64,000 nt of DNA from Candidatus Latescibacterota bacterium (GCA_965237675.1 OZ250150.1:2816001-2880000); one strand, 5' to 3'. Shown: positions 11,747-19,861, counted from the stretch's first letter. The notes: generated by a model not told the origin, from the sequence alone. Numbers and translations are program-made.

Positions 11747-12082
11747 GTGGGGCATCAGGTTGGCAGTACGGACATCGGTTCCCGAATTCAGCCGACAATT
11801 GTCGACGCCATCGGCAAGACGCCGCTGTTGCGCATCCGGAAGTTTGCGGATCACCTGGATGGCGTTGAGATATACGCGAAAATGGAGATGTTCAACCCGG
11901 GCGGATCGGTGAAGGACCGGCCGGCGTTGCAGATGATCCAGGATGCCATCGCGTCCGGTGAGTTGACACCCGATCGGGTGATTATCGATTCGACGTCCGG
12001 CAATACGGGAATCGCGTACGCGATGATCGGCGCGGCGAATCACAGCTATCAAAGTTGCATAGGGAATGACATATTACCATGA
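11747..12082 (+). pseudogene. cysM: Truncated 5' duplicate of cysteine synthase cysM
   Basis: Colinear with 17530-17820 (constant offset 5783) up to position 12037, then unrelated sequence and a stop; retains NPGGSVKDR and STSGNTG only. Confidence 0.9.
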
Positions 12083-12513
12083 CGCATGCGGCTAGTTTTG
12101 GAATAAGAACTGCTCATGACTTTTTGCGTGAAATGGTCATACCTCAATACGAAGAATTCATTAAAAAGAATTCATCTTCACGCCATGCTCTGATAGCAAT
12201 TATACTTTCATGCCATATGTACGAATGGGTTCACCGTAGGAAGTTTTGTCGTCAACATTTCGAGGCGACCTATCCCGATGATCGAGGCTTGGCGGAAAAA
12301 TTCGATCTTGCAAGAAAAATCACAAACGGAACGAAGCACTTTAGGTCAACGATTAGATCGCAGACACAATCGGGGTTTTCGTCCGGTTTTGGCGACGCCT
12401 TCTCTCGGCCCCTAAACGTGACATTGGATGACTGAAACAGGCTTTCTGTAGACGTTTTATTGCGTGATATTGTGGATTTTTGGAAAAGACAGGACGAACG
12501 TGGTGTTCTCTGA
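12079..12513 (+). pseudogene. HEPN-like helical protein with in-frame TGA at 12433-12435
   Basis: HMYEW and LARKITNGTKH (R..N..KH) motif; the frame continues after the TGA as NRLSVDVLLRDIVDFWKRQDERGVL*; AT-richer than flanks. Confidence 0.55.
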
Positions 12514-12639
12514 GGTTGTTCCATCGCCGCCGTGCCCGTTTTGTTTCTGCAACGGTGAATCTCGCTGCATCGCCGGATGGGCAAACGCGCATTGTAATGC
12601 CACATGCGGCGCGTATCGCATCGCGCCACAGTCGATATC

Positions 12640-12761
12640 ATGAAGGTCAAGCATAAGGGCTTGCGGGCGAGTGGAGCGTAACCGTCACCGGCAACTGGCG
12701 TGTGGTGTTCCGCTTCGAGGACGGCGAGGCCGTGCACGTGGACCTGATCGATTATCACTGA
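12640..12761 (+). pseudogene. higB: HigB-family toxin with internal deletion and frameshift
   Basis: MKVKHKGLRA N-terminus joined out of frame to WSVTVTGNWRVVFRFEDGEAVHVDLIDYH*. Confidence 0.85.
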
Positions 12762-12780
12762 CTGGAAGGGAGTGTTGACC

Positions 12781-13095
12781 ATGAACGACATTGAAAGCAA
12801 TCGTGTCGGCACCATGCTGAACCCTCCGCACCTGGGCGAACTGATCCGAGAGAGCATGGAAGAGGTTGGCTGGAACGTCACGCAGACGGCGGCGCGCCTC
12901 GACTGCGAGCGCGGCACGCTATCGCGCTTGTTGAACGGCAGGACGGGGGTGTCCGCGAACATGGCGCTGGCGCTGGAGGATATCGGCTGGGGCACCGCCG
13001 ATCACTGGATGCGGATGCAGGCGAGTTATGAGCTTGCGCAAGCCCGCCGGGTACGTGGCGACGCTAAGCGCCAGGCGGATCTGAGATTCGCGTGA
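12781..13095 (+). CDS. higA: HigA-family antitoxin (XRE HTH)
   Basis: MLNPPHLGELIRESMEEVGWNVTQTAARLDCERGTLSRLLNGRTGVSANMALALEDIGWGTADHWMRMQASYELAQ. Confidence 0.9.
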   Translation: MNDIESNRVGTMLNPPHLGELIRESMEEVGWNVTQTAARLDCERGTLSRLLNGRTGVSANMALALEDIGWGTADHWMRMQASYELAQARRVRGDAKRQADLRFA

Positions 13096-13104
13096 ACCCG
13101 GACT

Positions 13105-13190
13105 TGCGGCGGTGCGCTTTTTTGGGATAACGCCGCACCTATGGCTCAACCTGCAAAAGACTTGGAGGCTCCGCTGGCGGTAACTTGACG
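13105..13190 (+). pseudogene. Third higA fragment (C-terminal, degenerate)
   Basis: RFFGITPHLWLNLQKTWRLR; shares the exact 21-mer CTATGGCTCAACCTGCAAAAG with the higA at 11549. Confidence 0.7.
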
Positions 13191-13357
13191 CGGACTACGA
13201 GAATCTGAAATTGAATGACGAACACACGCCCCGGTTCGTCGAATAGATTCGTCGGATGTTCCCGAACACGCCTTCACCGGCAGCGGTCGACGGATCGCTG
13301 CCGCTTAACACGACTTGCTATTTGGACCATTCAATAATGTCTTTTGTGGGGACACCG

Positions 13358-15208
13358 ATGACTAACAGAACGATGAAAAGGCGTTTTGAAATCGACGCGG
13401 AACACCTACCCGATCTGCCCGGAATGATGTTGGTCACGGTCGAGGCCCTTAGGGATTTGGGCGGTTCGGCCACCATTCAGGAACTGGACGAAAAAGTGAT
13501 CGAACTGGAGGAGGTGACCGAAGCCGAGCAATCATTCACTATGCGGGATAACGCAAATCTGCCGCGGGTAAACTACTACCTCGCTTGGGCGCGTACCAAC
13601 CTTAAACGCGGCAATGCACTGGCGAATCCATCGCGTGGAATATGGGAACTAACAGAAAGCGGTTCGGTGATCACAACGCGTGCTCAGACTGATGCAATGT
13701 GGGAACAGGTAATACAGGACCTAAATGAACAGACACGCGTCAAGGAGCAGACCAGTAAAGTCTTAAACGAAGCAGACGATGATTCAGTCGAAGAAAGATT
13801 AGAAGGAACTGAGGATTGGACGTCAACGGCCTGGTACCGCGAGCGTTTCGGTACGGCCGATGTTTGGACTATCGCGCCGGGCGAGGGCGCACGGTTTTGG
13901 GGAGAGTTTCTCGAATTCGGTATCGCGGCAATTGGTTGGGACCATCTTGGAGACCTTAGCGATTATGCATCTAGGGAGGATATCCACAGCGCGTTGATAG
14001 AGAGCGGCGCAGGACAAAACCCCTACAACCAGTCGCTTGCCGCTTGGGAATTCGTTCACGAGATAAAGATCGGAGACATTGTCCTTGCCAAAAAAGGCCG
14101 CCGCGTCATTCTAGGCTGGGGAAAGGTTACCGGAGATTACACCTACTTGCCTGAACGGGCAGAATATCAAAGCGTCAGGACTGTAGATTGGCATCCGTGC
14201 CGTTCACCGATCAACCTAAAGGACCAGATCACGACCAAAACACTGACTCGATTCACGGCCTACGAAGATTGGTTGCGATTTGTATTCGACTTGATAGATG
14301 CCGATGTTGAAGATGCGGATCTTAGACCCAGCAGCGTGGAACCCGAATCCTTCAATATTGCCACCGCACTTGGTGACCTTTTTTTGGAAGAAACTCAGTT
14401 CCAGCGTATCCTCGACTCCATTGCGCTCCGCAAGAATCTGATTCTTCAGGGGCCACCGGGGGTCGGCAAGACGTTCATCGCGCGACGGATCGCATGGTGC
14501 TTGTTGAGGCGCGAGGACTCACGGTTCATCGAGATGGTGCAATTCCATCAGTCCTATGCCTACGAGGACTTCGTGCAGGGCTGGCGGCCGACGGATACCG
14601 GCGGTTTCACCCTGCGTAATGGCGTGTTCTTCGAATTCTGTAAGCGCGCGGAGCACCAGCCTGAAAAGAACTTCGTCTTCATCATCGACGAGATCAACAG
14701 GGGCAATCTGTCCAAGATATTCGGGGAATTGCTCATGCTGATCGAAGCGGACAAACGCGGCCCGAAGCATGCGATTGCGCTGACGTACAGCAATACCGGT
14801 GAGCGCTTTAGTGTCCCTGACAACGTGCATATTCTGGGACTTATGAATACCGCCGATCGCTCGCTCGCAATCGTCGACTACGCTCTGCGCCGCCGGTTCG
14901 CATTTGAAACGCTTCTGCCCGCATACGGCACTGGGAAGTTTCGGGATTACCTGCGGAAAGCGGACGTCGACCAAGTCCTGGTCGACCGTGTTAACAGGAA
15001 CCTAACTGAGCTCAACAAGCGTATCCGTGACGACAAGGATCTCGGACCTGGTTTCCAGATCGGGCACAGCTACTTTATGCCAGAGGAGGCAGCGGACGAC
15101 GAATGGTACCTTGGCATCGTCGATACGCAGGTTGAGCCCCTGTTGCGAGAGTACTGGTTCGACCGTCCCGAACAGGTGGATGAACTGGTGGAGAAATTGC
15201 GGCAGTGA
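13358..15208 (+). CDS. mcrB: McrB-family AAA+ GTPase with Mrr_N winged-helix and a second (EVE/PUA-like) N-terminal domain
   Basis: GPPGVGKT, QFHQSYAYEDFVQG, IIDEINRGNLSKIFGEL, MNTADRS, ALRRRF, IGHSYF; N-terminal ALRDLGGSA...LAWARTNLK...SRGIWELTE (Mrr_N) and IAPG..W..IAAIGW..IKIGDIVL. Confidence 0.93.
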   Translation: MTNRTMKRRFEIDAEHLPDLPGMMLVTVEALRDLGGSATIQELDEKVIELEEVTEAEQSFTMRDNANLPRVNYYLAWARTNLKRGNALANPSRGIWELTESGSVITTRAQTDAMWEQVIQDLNEQTRVKEQTSKVLNEADDDSVEERLEGTEDWTSTAWYRERFGTADVWTIAPGEGARFWGEFLEFGIAAIGWDHLGDLSDYASREDIHSALIESGAGQNPYNQSLAAWEFVHEIKIGDIVLAKKGRRVILGWGKVTGDYTYLPERAEYQSVRTVDWHPCRSPINLKDQITTKTLTRFTAYEDWLRFVFDLIDADVEDADLRPSSVEPESFNIATALGDLFLEETQFQRILDSIALRKNLILQGPPGVGKTFIARRIAWCLLRREDSRFIEMVQFHQSYAYEDFVQGWRPTDTGGFTLRNGVFFEFCKRAEHQPEKNFVFIIDEINRGNLSKIFGELLMLIEADKRGPKHAIALTYSNTGERFSVPDNVHILGLMNTADRSLAIVDYALRRRFAFETLLPAYGTGKFRDYLRKADVDQVLVDRVNRNLTELNKRIRDDKDLGPGFQIGHSYFMPEEAADDEWYLGIVDTQVEPLLREYWFDRPEQVDELVEKLRQ

Positions 15209-16245
15209 ACACCAAGACAATTCCAATCGCCAACATCTACTACCTTTTGTGCTACGCCTGGAGCCATGTCGATGAGCGAGATGTGGTGCGGCTGGAGCAA
15301 CTGGAAGGGCTGGAGAGAGTTTACGATCTGCTGGGCAAGGTGCTTGCAGCAGGGACCGTCCGTCTGATCCGCAGAGGCATTGACCGAGGGTATCGGGAGG
15401 TGCGTGAGGACTTCGCCGGCATACGCGGAAAGATCGCGGTGGGGGAGACCGTGAAACGGGCACTCCGCGCCCGCGGACGGGTCGTTTGCGACTTCGAGGA
15501 ACTGTCCCGCGATGTCCTGCACAACCGCATCCTCCGCTCCACGCTCGGATCCCTCCTCCGACTTCCGAACCTGGATTCCGACGTGTACGCCGAGGTCCGG
15601 AATGCATACACCAAGTTGAACGACGTTCGCGTGTTGCGCTTAAGTCGCCGGCTTTTCCGACAGGTGCAACTCGACCGCAACCGGCGGTACTATCGATTCC
15701 TGTTGTCGGTTTGCAAACTCATCCATGAACAGTTGCTGGTAGATGAACGATCCGGTGACGCGAGGTTCACCGACTTCAGCGAAGATCGAATGGAGAAACT
15801 GTACGAGGACTTCATAATCGAGTTCTATAAGCGTGAGCAAGACCGTTATCGGGTCAACCATCGCGGGCGCGCCATCGCTTGGGCCGACGAAGGCACGCCC
15901 GATCACCATCGCTTGAAACTTCCGAAAATGGAAGCCGACGTCATACTGGAAGCGCCGGATCGGCGAATCATCATGGACGCGAAATACTACCGAGAGGCGT
16001 TTGGCGGCCGCTACGGCGGGAAGCTACATTCTGACAATCTTTACCAACTCCTGGCCTATCTAAGAAATCGCGAAGCAACCAGGGCGCCCGGGCCGAGACA
16101 CGAAGGAATCCTGCTCTACCCGACAGTCGACGCGTCGGTGAAGGTCGATGTCTGCCTGGAGGGTTACTCGATCCGTGCTCGGAGCATTGATCTTGCTCAG
16201 AACTGGCGCAACATCCATCGTGATATGTTGAAGTTGATCGCGTAG
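15205..16245 (+). CDS. mcrC: McrC PD-(D/E)XK nuclease subunit
   Basis: IPIANIYYLLCYAW, GIRGKI, HNRILRSTL, EADVIL...IIMDAKYY, DNLYQLLAYL, GILLYP; GTGA overlap with mcrB. Confidence 0.93.
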   Translation: MNTKTIPIANIYYLLCYAWSHVDERDVVRLEQLEGLERVYDLLGKVLAAGTVRLIRRGIDRGYREVREDFAGIRGKIAVGETVKRALRARGRVVCDFEELSRDVLHNRILRSTLGSLLRLPNLDSDVYAEVRNAYTKLNDVRVLRLSRRLFRQVQLDRNRRYYRFLLSVCKLIHEQLLVDERSGDARFTDFSEDRMEKLYEDFIIEFYKREQDRYRVNHRGRAIAWADEGTPDHHRLKLPKMEADVILEAPDRRIIMDAKYYREAFGGRYGGKLHSDNLYQLLAYLRNREATRAPGPRHEGILLYPTVDASVKVDVCLEGYSIRARSIDLAQNWRNIHRDMLKLIA

Positions 16246-16345
16246 TTGGGTTTGCCCTCTGCATGGGTGAGGATGAAGCCGAGGCGCTTCAACTCGTCGA
16301 GCGACAGGAACCGATCGCGCGGCTTGGCCGCTGTTGCGCCGCTCG
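16246..16345 (-). pseudogene. Tyrosine recombinase (phage-type integrase) fragment
   Basis: Minus-strand frame reads AKPRDRFLSLDELKRLGFIL, typical of the start of an integrase catalytic domain (R.RFLS..EL.RLG). Confidence 0.55.
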
Positions 16346-16532
16346 GCTGCTCTTCCGCGAAACGTCACAACAGTGTCGACACGCTTTGGTGCCCTTCGTC
16401 CCCTCCAGCCGTTCCTGAATCGTGGTGCTGGACGTTAAAGCGCGGAGAACCAACCGCCGACCTCGCAAGGGGTGGCATGTTGTTCCGGTGTTTATACGGG
16501 ACAACAGGGGACGCTTGGTGTTGGCGTTCGAG

Positions 16533-16597
16533 GCTGATGGTGAGCGGCGCGGTTTTTGCCGCGAACAAACCCCTATCACCACAACCGGGCGGGCGAC
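16533..16597 (+). repeat. 65-bp direct repeat, copy B
   Basis: Identical to 10550-10614. Confidence 0.9.
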
Positions 16598-16799
16598 CAC
16601 TGACCACTCGCCGCTGACTGTTGTTTTTCTCTTTGTGTTTTCGTGTGAGCCATTTCCGTACTCTCGTCAGCAGGAAGCCAATAGAACATCGGCAGCGATG
16701 CCCATCATGAGGTCAACCAGAGCAGAGCGCGTAGTTCCGTCCGGCACTGAGCACCGTTTTCCACTTTCGCTCGCAGGGCAACCGATCATGTGGAGCCGC

Positions 16800-16835
16800 C
16801 AGCGAGATTCGCGCTATCAGCGAGATTCGCGCTAT
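16800..16835 (+). repeat. Tandem 2 x 18-bp repeat CAGCGAGATTCGCGCTAT
   Basis: Seen directly; each unit is a small imperfect hairpin. Confidence 0.8.
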
Positions 16836-17197
16836 GCATATGGCAGGCTCCGCGCCTAGCGGCGACTTTTGGTTCCTTTTGGTCGCATCAAAAGGAACCC
16901 GCCGGAGGCAGGGAATTTGGGGAGAGATTGTGAATTTGGATTTTTTTCGATTTTTAATTTACGCCCTTTTTCTTTCTCGCCATGAAAAAGCGCAAAGGAG
17001 CGCACTGCCCAGACGCAGCGGGTAGCCTTTTCGCGAATTACCGCTGTAGATAGTTCGTGAGACTCTGCCCTGCGGGCTATGTAGGCATTTCTGGACAGCT
17101 CTACTGAACGAACGAGCGCGGAAAGGCCCCTTCCCCCCGGAATGGGCACCTGCAGGACGGGCCGACCGAGATAGCGCAGGCCTTTCCCTTCCTCCCC

Positions 17198-17224
17198 GAG
17201 GGAGGTTCGCGAACCGCCCCTGCA
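17198..17224 (-). repeat. REP variant, inverted (TGCAGGGGCGGTTCGCGAACCTCCCTC)
   Basis: G(C/T)AGGGGCG + hairpin, opposite orientation to the 17363 copy. Confidence 0.6.
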
Positions 17225-17362
17225 AATGCAGCATGGGCGCGGTCGTCGGCAAATGGAGATCGCTTGGCCGTATCGACAACCGCAGTACGCTGATCGCTGT
17301 TTTACCCTTTTTGTCATTGTGCCTTCGTGTGAGCCGGTGTTCCGCGCCGCGTCATCGAAATT

Positions 17363-17480
17363 GTAGGGGCAACCCTTGTGGTTGCCCTTCTATTGACTTC
17401 CGCCGTTTACGCTTGACAAAGCCGGTCGTCGGTATATATTGTTTTTGCTGCTTGGTCCCGGGCAACACGGGGCCATTTTT
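17363..17480 (+). promoter_or_regulatory. REP copy 4 plus cysM promoter (TTGACA 17413, TATATT 17435) and leader hairpin
   Basis: Sigma70 consensus with 16-nt spacer; duplicated at 11043-11161. Confidence 0.7.
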
Positions 17481-17529
17481 ATAGGTGATCGGGGTGTATC
17501 CCACCCGCACGATCGGGAAGAGGTTGCTT

Positions 17530-18477
17530 GTGGGGCATCAGGCGCGGAAGTCAGAGAACGGTTCCCGAATTCAGCCTACAATTGTCGAACACATCGGCGA
17601 GACGCCGCTGTTGCGCATCCGGAAGTTTGCGGATCACCTGGATCGCGTCGAGATCTACGCGAAAATGGAGATGTTCAACCCGGGCGGATCGGTGAAGGAC
17701 CGGCCGGCGTTGCAGATGATCCTGGATGCCATCGCATCCGGGGAGTTGACACCCGATAGGGTGATTATCGATTCGACGTCGGGCAATACGGGAATCGCGT
17801 ACGCGATGATCGGAGCGGCGCTGGGGTACCGGGTGGAACTGGTTATGCCGGGCAGCGTCAGCGTGGAACGCCGGCACGTGATTCAGGCCTATGGCGCGAG
17901 CCTTGTTCTGAGCGATGCGCTGGAGGGATCCGATGGCGCCATTCTGAAATGCAGGGAGATTCTGGCGGCCAGCCCGGAGCGGTATTACAAACCGGATCAA
18001 TACAATAACCCTTCGAATCCCAGGGCGCACTATCTGCAGACCGCACCGGAAATCTGGCGGCAGACGCGGGGGCGCGTGACCCATTTCGTGGCGACCCTCG
18101 GCACCAGCGGCACGCTGATCGGCACCGGCCGGCGGTTGAAGGAGTACAACCCCGATATCCGGATCGTGGCTGTGGAACCGCACGAGTTTCACGGAATCGA
18201 AGGCCTTAAGAATATGGATGTATCCATTGTGCCGGGCATTTACGACCCTTCGGTGTGGGATCGCAAGATCCGCGTGGAGACGGAAGATGCCTATGAGGCC
18301 GCCAGGCGGTTGACGCGCGAACTCGGCATTCCTGCCGGACAGTCGTGCGGTGCGGCCTTCGCGGGGGCGTTGCGCGTGGCCGAGGAGGCGGGCGAGGGGG
18401 TTGTGGTTACCCTTTTCCCTGACAGCGGCGAGAAATATATGAGCACTCCGCTGTGGCGTCTGGACGAGCCGGTTTGA
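17530..18477 (+). CDS. cysM: Cysteine synthase family PLP enzyme (CysM-like, sulfur-carrier-linked context)
   Basis: IGETPL, NPGGSVKDR (PLP Lys), STSGNTG, QYNNPSN, GTSGT, GIEGLK; GTG start after GAAGAGG; clustered with mec and cysO. Confidence 0.9.
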   Translation: MGHQARKSENGSRIQPTIVEHIGETPLLRIRKFADHLDRVEIYAKMEMFNPGGSVKDRPALQMILDAIASGELTPDRVIIDSTSGNTGIAYAMIGAALGYRVELVMPGSVSVERRHVIQAYGASLVLSDALEGSDGAILKCREILAASPERYYKPDQYNNPSNPRAHYLQTAPEIWRQTRGRVTHFVATLGTSGTLIGTGRRLKEYNPDIRIVAVEPHEFHGIEGLKNMDVSIVPGIYDPSVWDRKIRVETEDAYEAARRLTRELGIPAGQSCGAAFAGALRVAEEAGEGVVVTLFPDSGEKYMSTPLWRLDEPV

Positions 18478-18489
18478 AGGAGGGCGGAT

Positions 18490-18957
18490 TTGGAGCAGGC
18501 GGTCTGGAAACGGATTTACGAGCATGCGCGCAGGGATTACCCGGCCGAGTGCTGCGGGATTGTGGCGACAGGGACGGACGGTGACTATCAGGTACATCCG
18601 TGCGAGAATATCCAGGACCGGCTGCATGCCCGAAACCCGGAGGAACACCCGCGCACCTCGAAAACCGCTTACCGGATGGACGATCTGGAAGTTCACCGGA
18701 TTTTTTCTGAGACAGAAAGCGCGGGCGGCCGCGTGGTGACGTTTTATCATTCACACATCGACTGCGGCGCGTATTTCTCCGAGGAAGATCGCCAGGCCGC
18801 GATGTTTATGGACGCGCCGGCCTTTCCGAACGTGGTCTACCTGGTGGTCTCCGTGGTAGACGGCGCCGTACGGGGGGCGGCCGGGTTCGGATGGGACGAA
18901 CGGAGGAAGACATTTGCGGAAACGGCGCTGGAGGGTTACGATCCGGCAATACAATAG
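18490..18957 (+). CDS. mec: JAB/Mov34 (M67) metallopeptidase, Mec-like
   Basis: YPAECCG and YHSHIDCGAYFSEED (E...HSH...S..D JAMM motif). Confidence 0.9.
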   Translation: MEQAVWKRIYEHARRDYPAECCGIVATGTDGDYQVHPCENIQDRLHARNPEEHPRTSKTAYRMDDLEVHRIFSETESAGGRVVTFYHSHIDCGAYFSEEDRQAAMFMDAPAFPNVVYLVVSVVDGAVRGAAGFGWDERRKTFAETALEGYDPAIQ

Positions 18958-19089
18958 AAACCGGATCGCAGGTGCGTAACGCATGAGGTGGAGGCGTACC
19001 CGCTCACGACGGGAAGAACGGACAAATCCGACGCATCCAAAATGCAACCCCCGTAACCTTATATACCCACCATTCAGGAGGTTCACACA

Positions 19090-19374
19090 ATGGGCTTGAC
19101 CGTACGGATACCGACGCCATTGCGAAAATTCACCGGCGATCGGGCGGATGTTGAAGCCAGCGGCGCAACACTTGGGGAATTGCTCGACGATCTCGAATCG
19201 AATCATCCGGGCATCAAGGAGAATCTCGTCGACGCCGGAACCGGCGGCTTGCGCCGATTTGTAAACGTGTACGTCAACGACGAGGACGTTCGTTTTCTGG
19301 AGGGTACGGATACCCCCCTGAAAGACGGCGACAGCGTGACGATTGTTCCGGCCATCGCCGGAGGGCGATGTTAA
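19090..19374 (+). CDS. cysO: MoaD/ThiS ubiquitin-like sulfur carrier (CysO-like)
   Basis: VRIPTPLR, RRFVNVYVNDEDVRFL..TPLKDGD..IVPAIAGG-RC; strong RBS AGGAGG. Confidence 0.9.
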   Translation: MGLTVRIPTPLRKFTGDRADVEASGATLGELLDDLESNHPGIKENLVDAGTGGLRRFVNVYVNDEDVRFLEGTDTPLKDGDSVTIVPAIAGGRC

Positions 19375-19432
19375 ATCGTCAATCGGCGTTGCCGGTGGGC
19401 CTGTAGCCCGCCTGGCTGTTTGGAGGCCGCGT

Positions 19433-19861
19433 ATGCAAATCTCCTCGAAGGGTAATTACGGATTGCGGGCCGTATTGGATCTGGCGCTGCATTACGGCGA
19501 GGGTGTCGTGCAAAGTGCGGGAATCGCCTCCCGGCAGGATATTCCGGAGTCCTATTTGGTACAGTTGTTGAATCTGCTGCGCAATGCCGGGCTGGTGCGC
19601 AGCGTCAGAGGCCCCAAAGGCGGCCACGAATTGATCCGGCGGCCGGAGGAAATTACGGTCGGCGCTGTTCTGGAGGTCCTCGAAGGTCCGGTCCAACTCA
19701 CCGGAGAAACGAGAGAAAGCGGGAACGGGGCAAAAGACGTATTGCGGGAAGTCTATGAGCGGTTGGAGGAAGCTGTGGAGGATGTACTGACCTCCGTTAC
19801 GTTCGGCGACCTCTGCAGGAAATACCGAATCCAAAGCGGTCGAATTGTCTTTCGCATATAG
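19433..19861 (+). CDS. Rrf2-family regulator, CymR-like (no Fe-S cysteine triad)
   Basis: MQISSKGNYGLRA, IPESYLVQLL, VRSVRGPKGG, VLEG; lacks the three IscR cysteines; directly upstream of cysK. Confidence 0.9.
   Translation: MQISSKGNYGLRAVLDLALHYGEGVVQSAGIASRQDIPESYLVQLLNLLRNAGLVRSVRGPKGGHELIRRPEEITVGAVLEVLEGPVQLTGETRESGNGAKDVLREVYERLEEAVEDVLTSVTFGDLCRKYRIQSGRIVFRI

Noticed and set aside
12433-12435. In-frame TGA as selenocysteine
   Set aside because: No redox motif context and no convincing SECIS-like hairpin right after it; a nonsense change is simpler
13256-13357. Upstream ATG start for mcrB from the ORF track (also the extended starts at 10382, 25764, 32661, 38330 and 42438)
   Set aside because: The extensions lack family similarity, overlap hairpins or neighbouring genes, and better RBS-linked starts lie downstream
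7889-17387. Repeated 25-mers as a CRISPR array
   Set aside because: Spacing is irregular (hundreds to thousands of bp), there are no uniform spacers or cas genes, and the GTAG+hairpin form fits REPs
6639-17500. tRNA-Lys as the attB site of the downstream island
   Set aside because: No copy of the tRNA 3' end was found downstream, and cysH lies between the tRNA and the cargo; the duplications point to cysM instead
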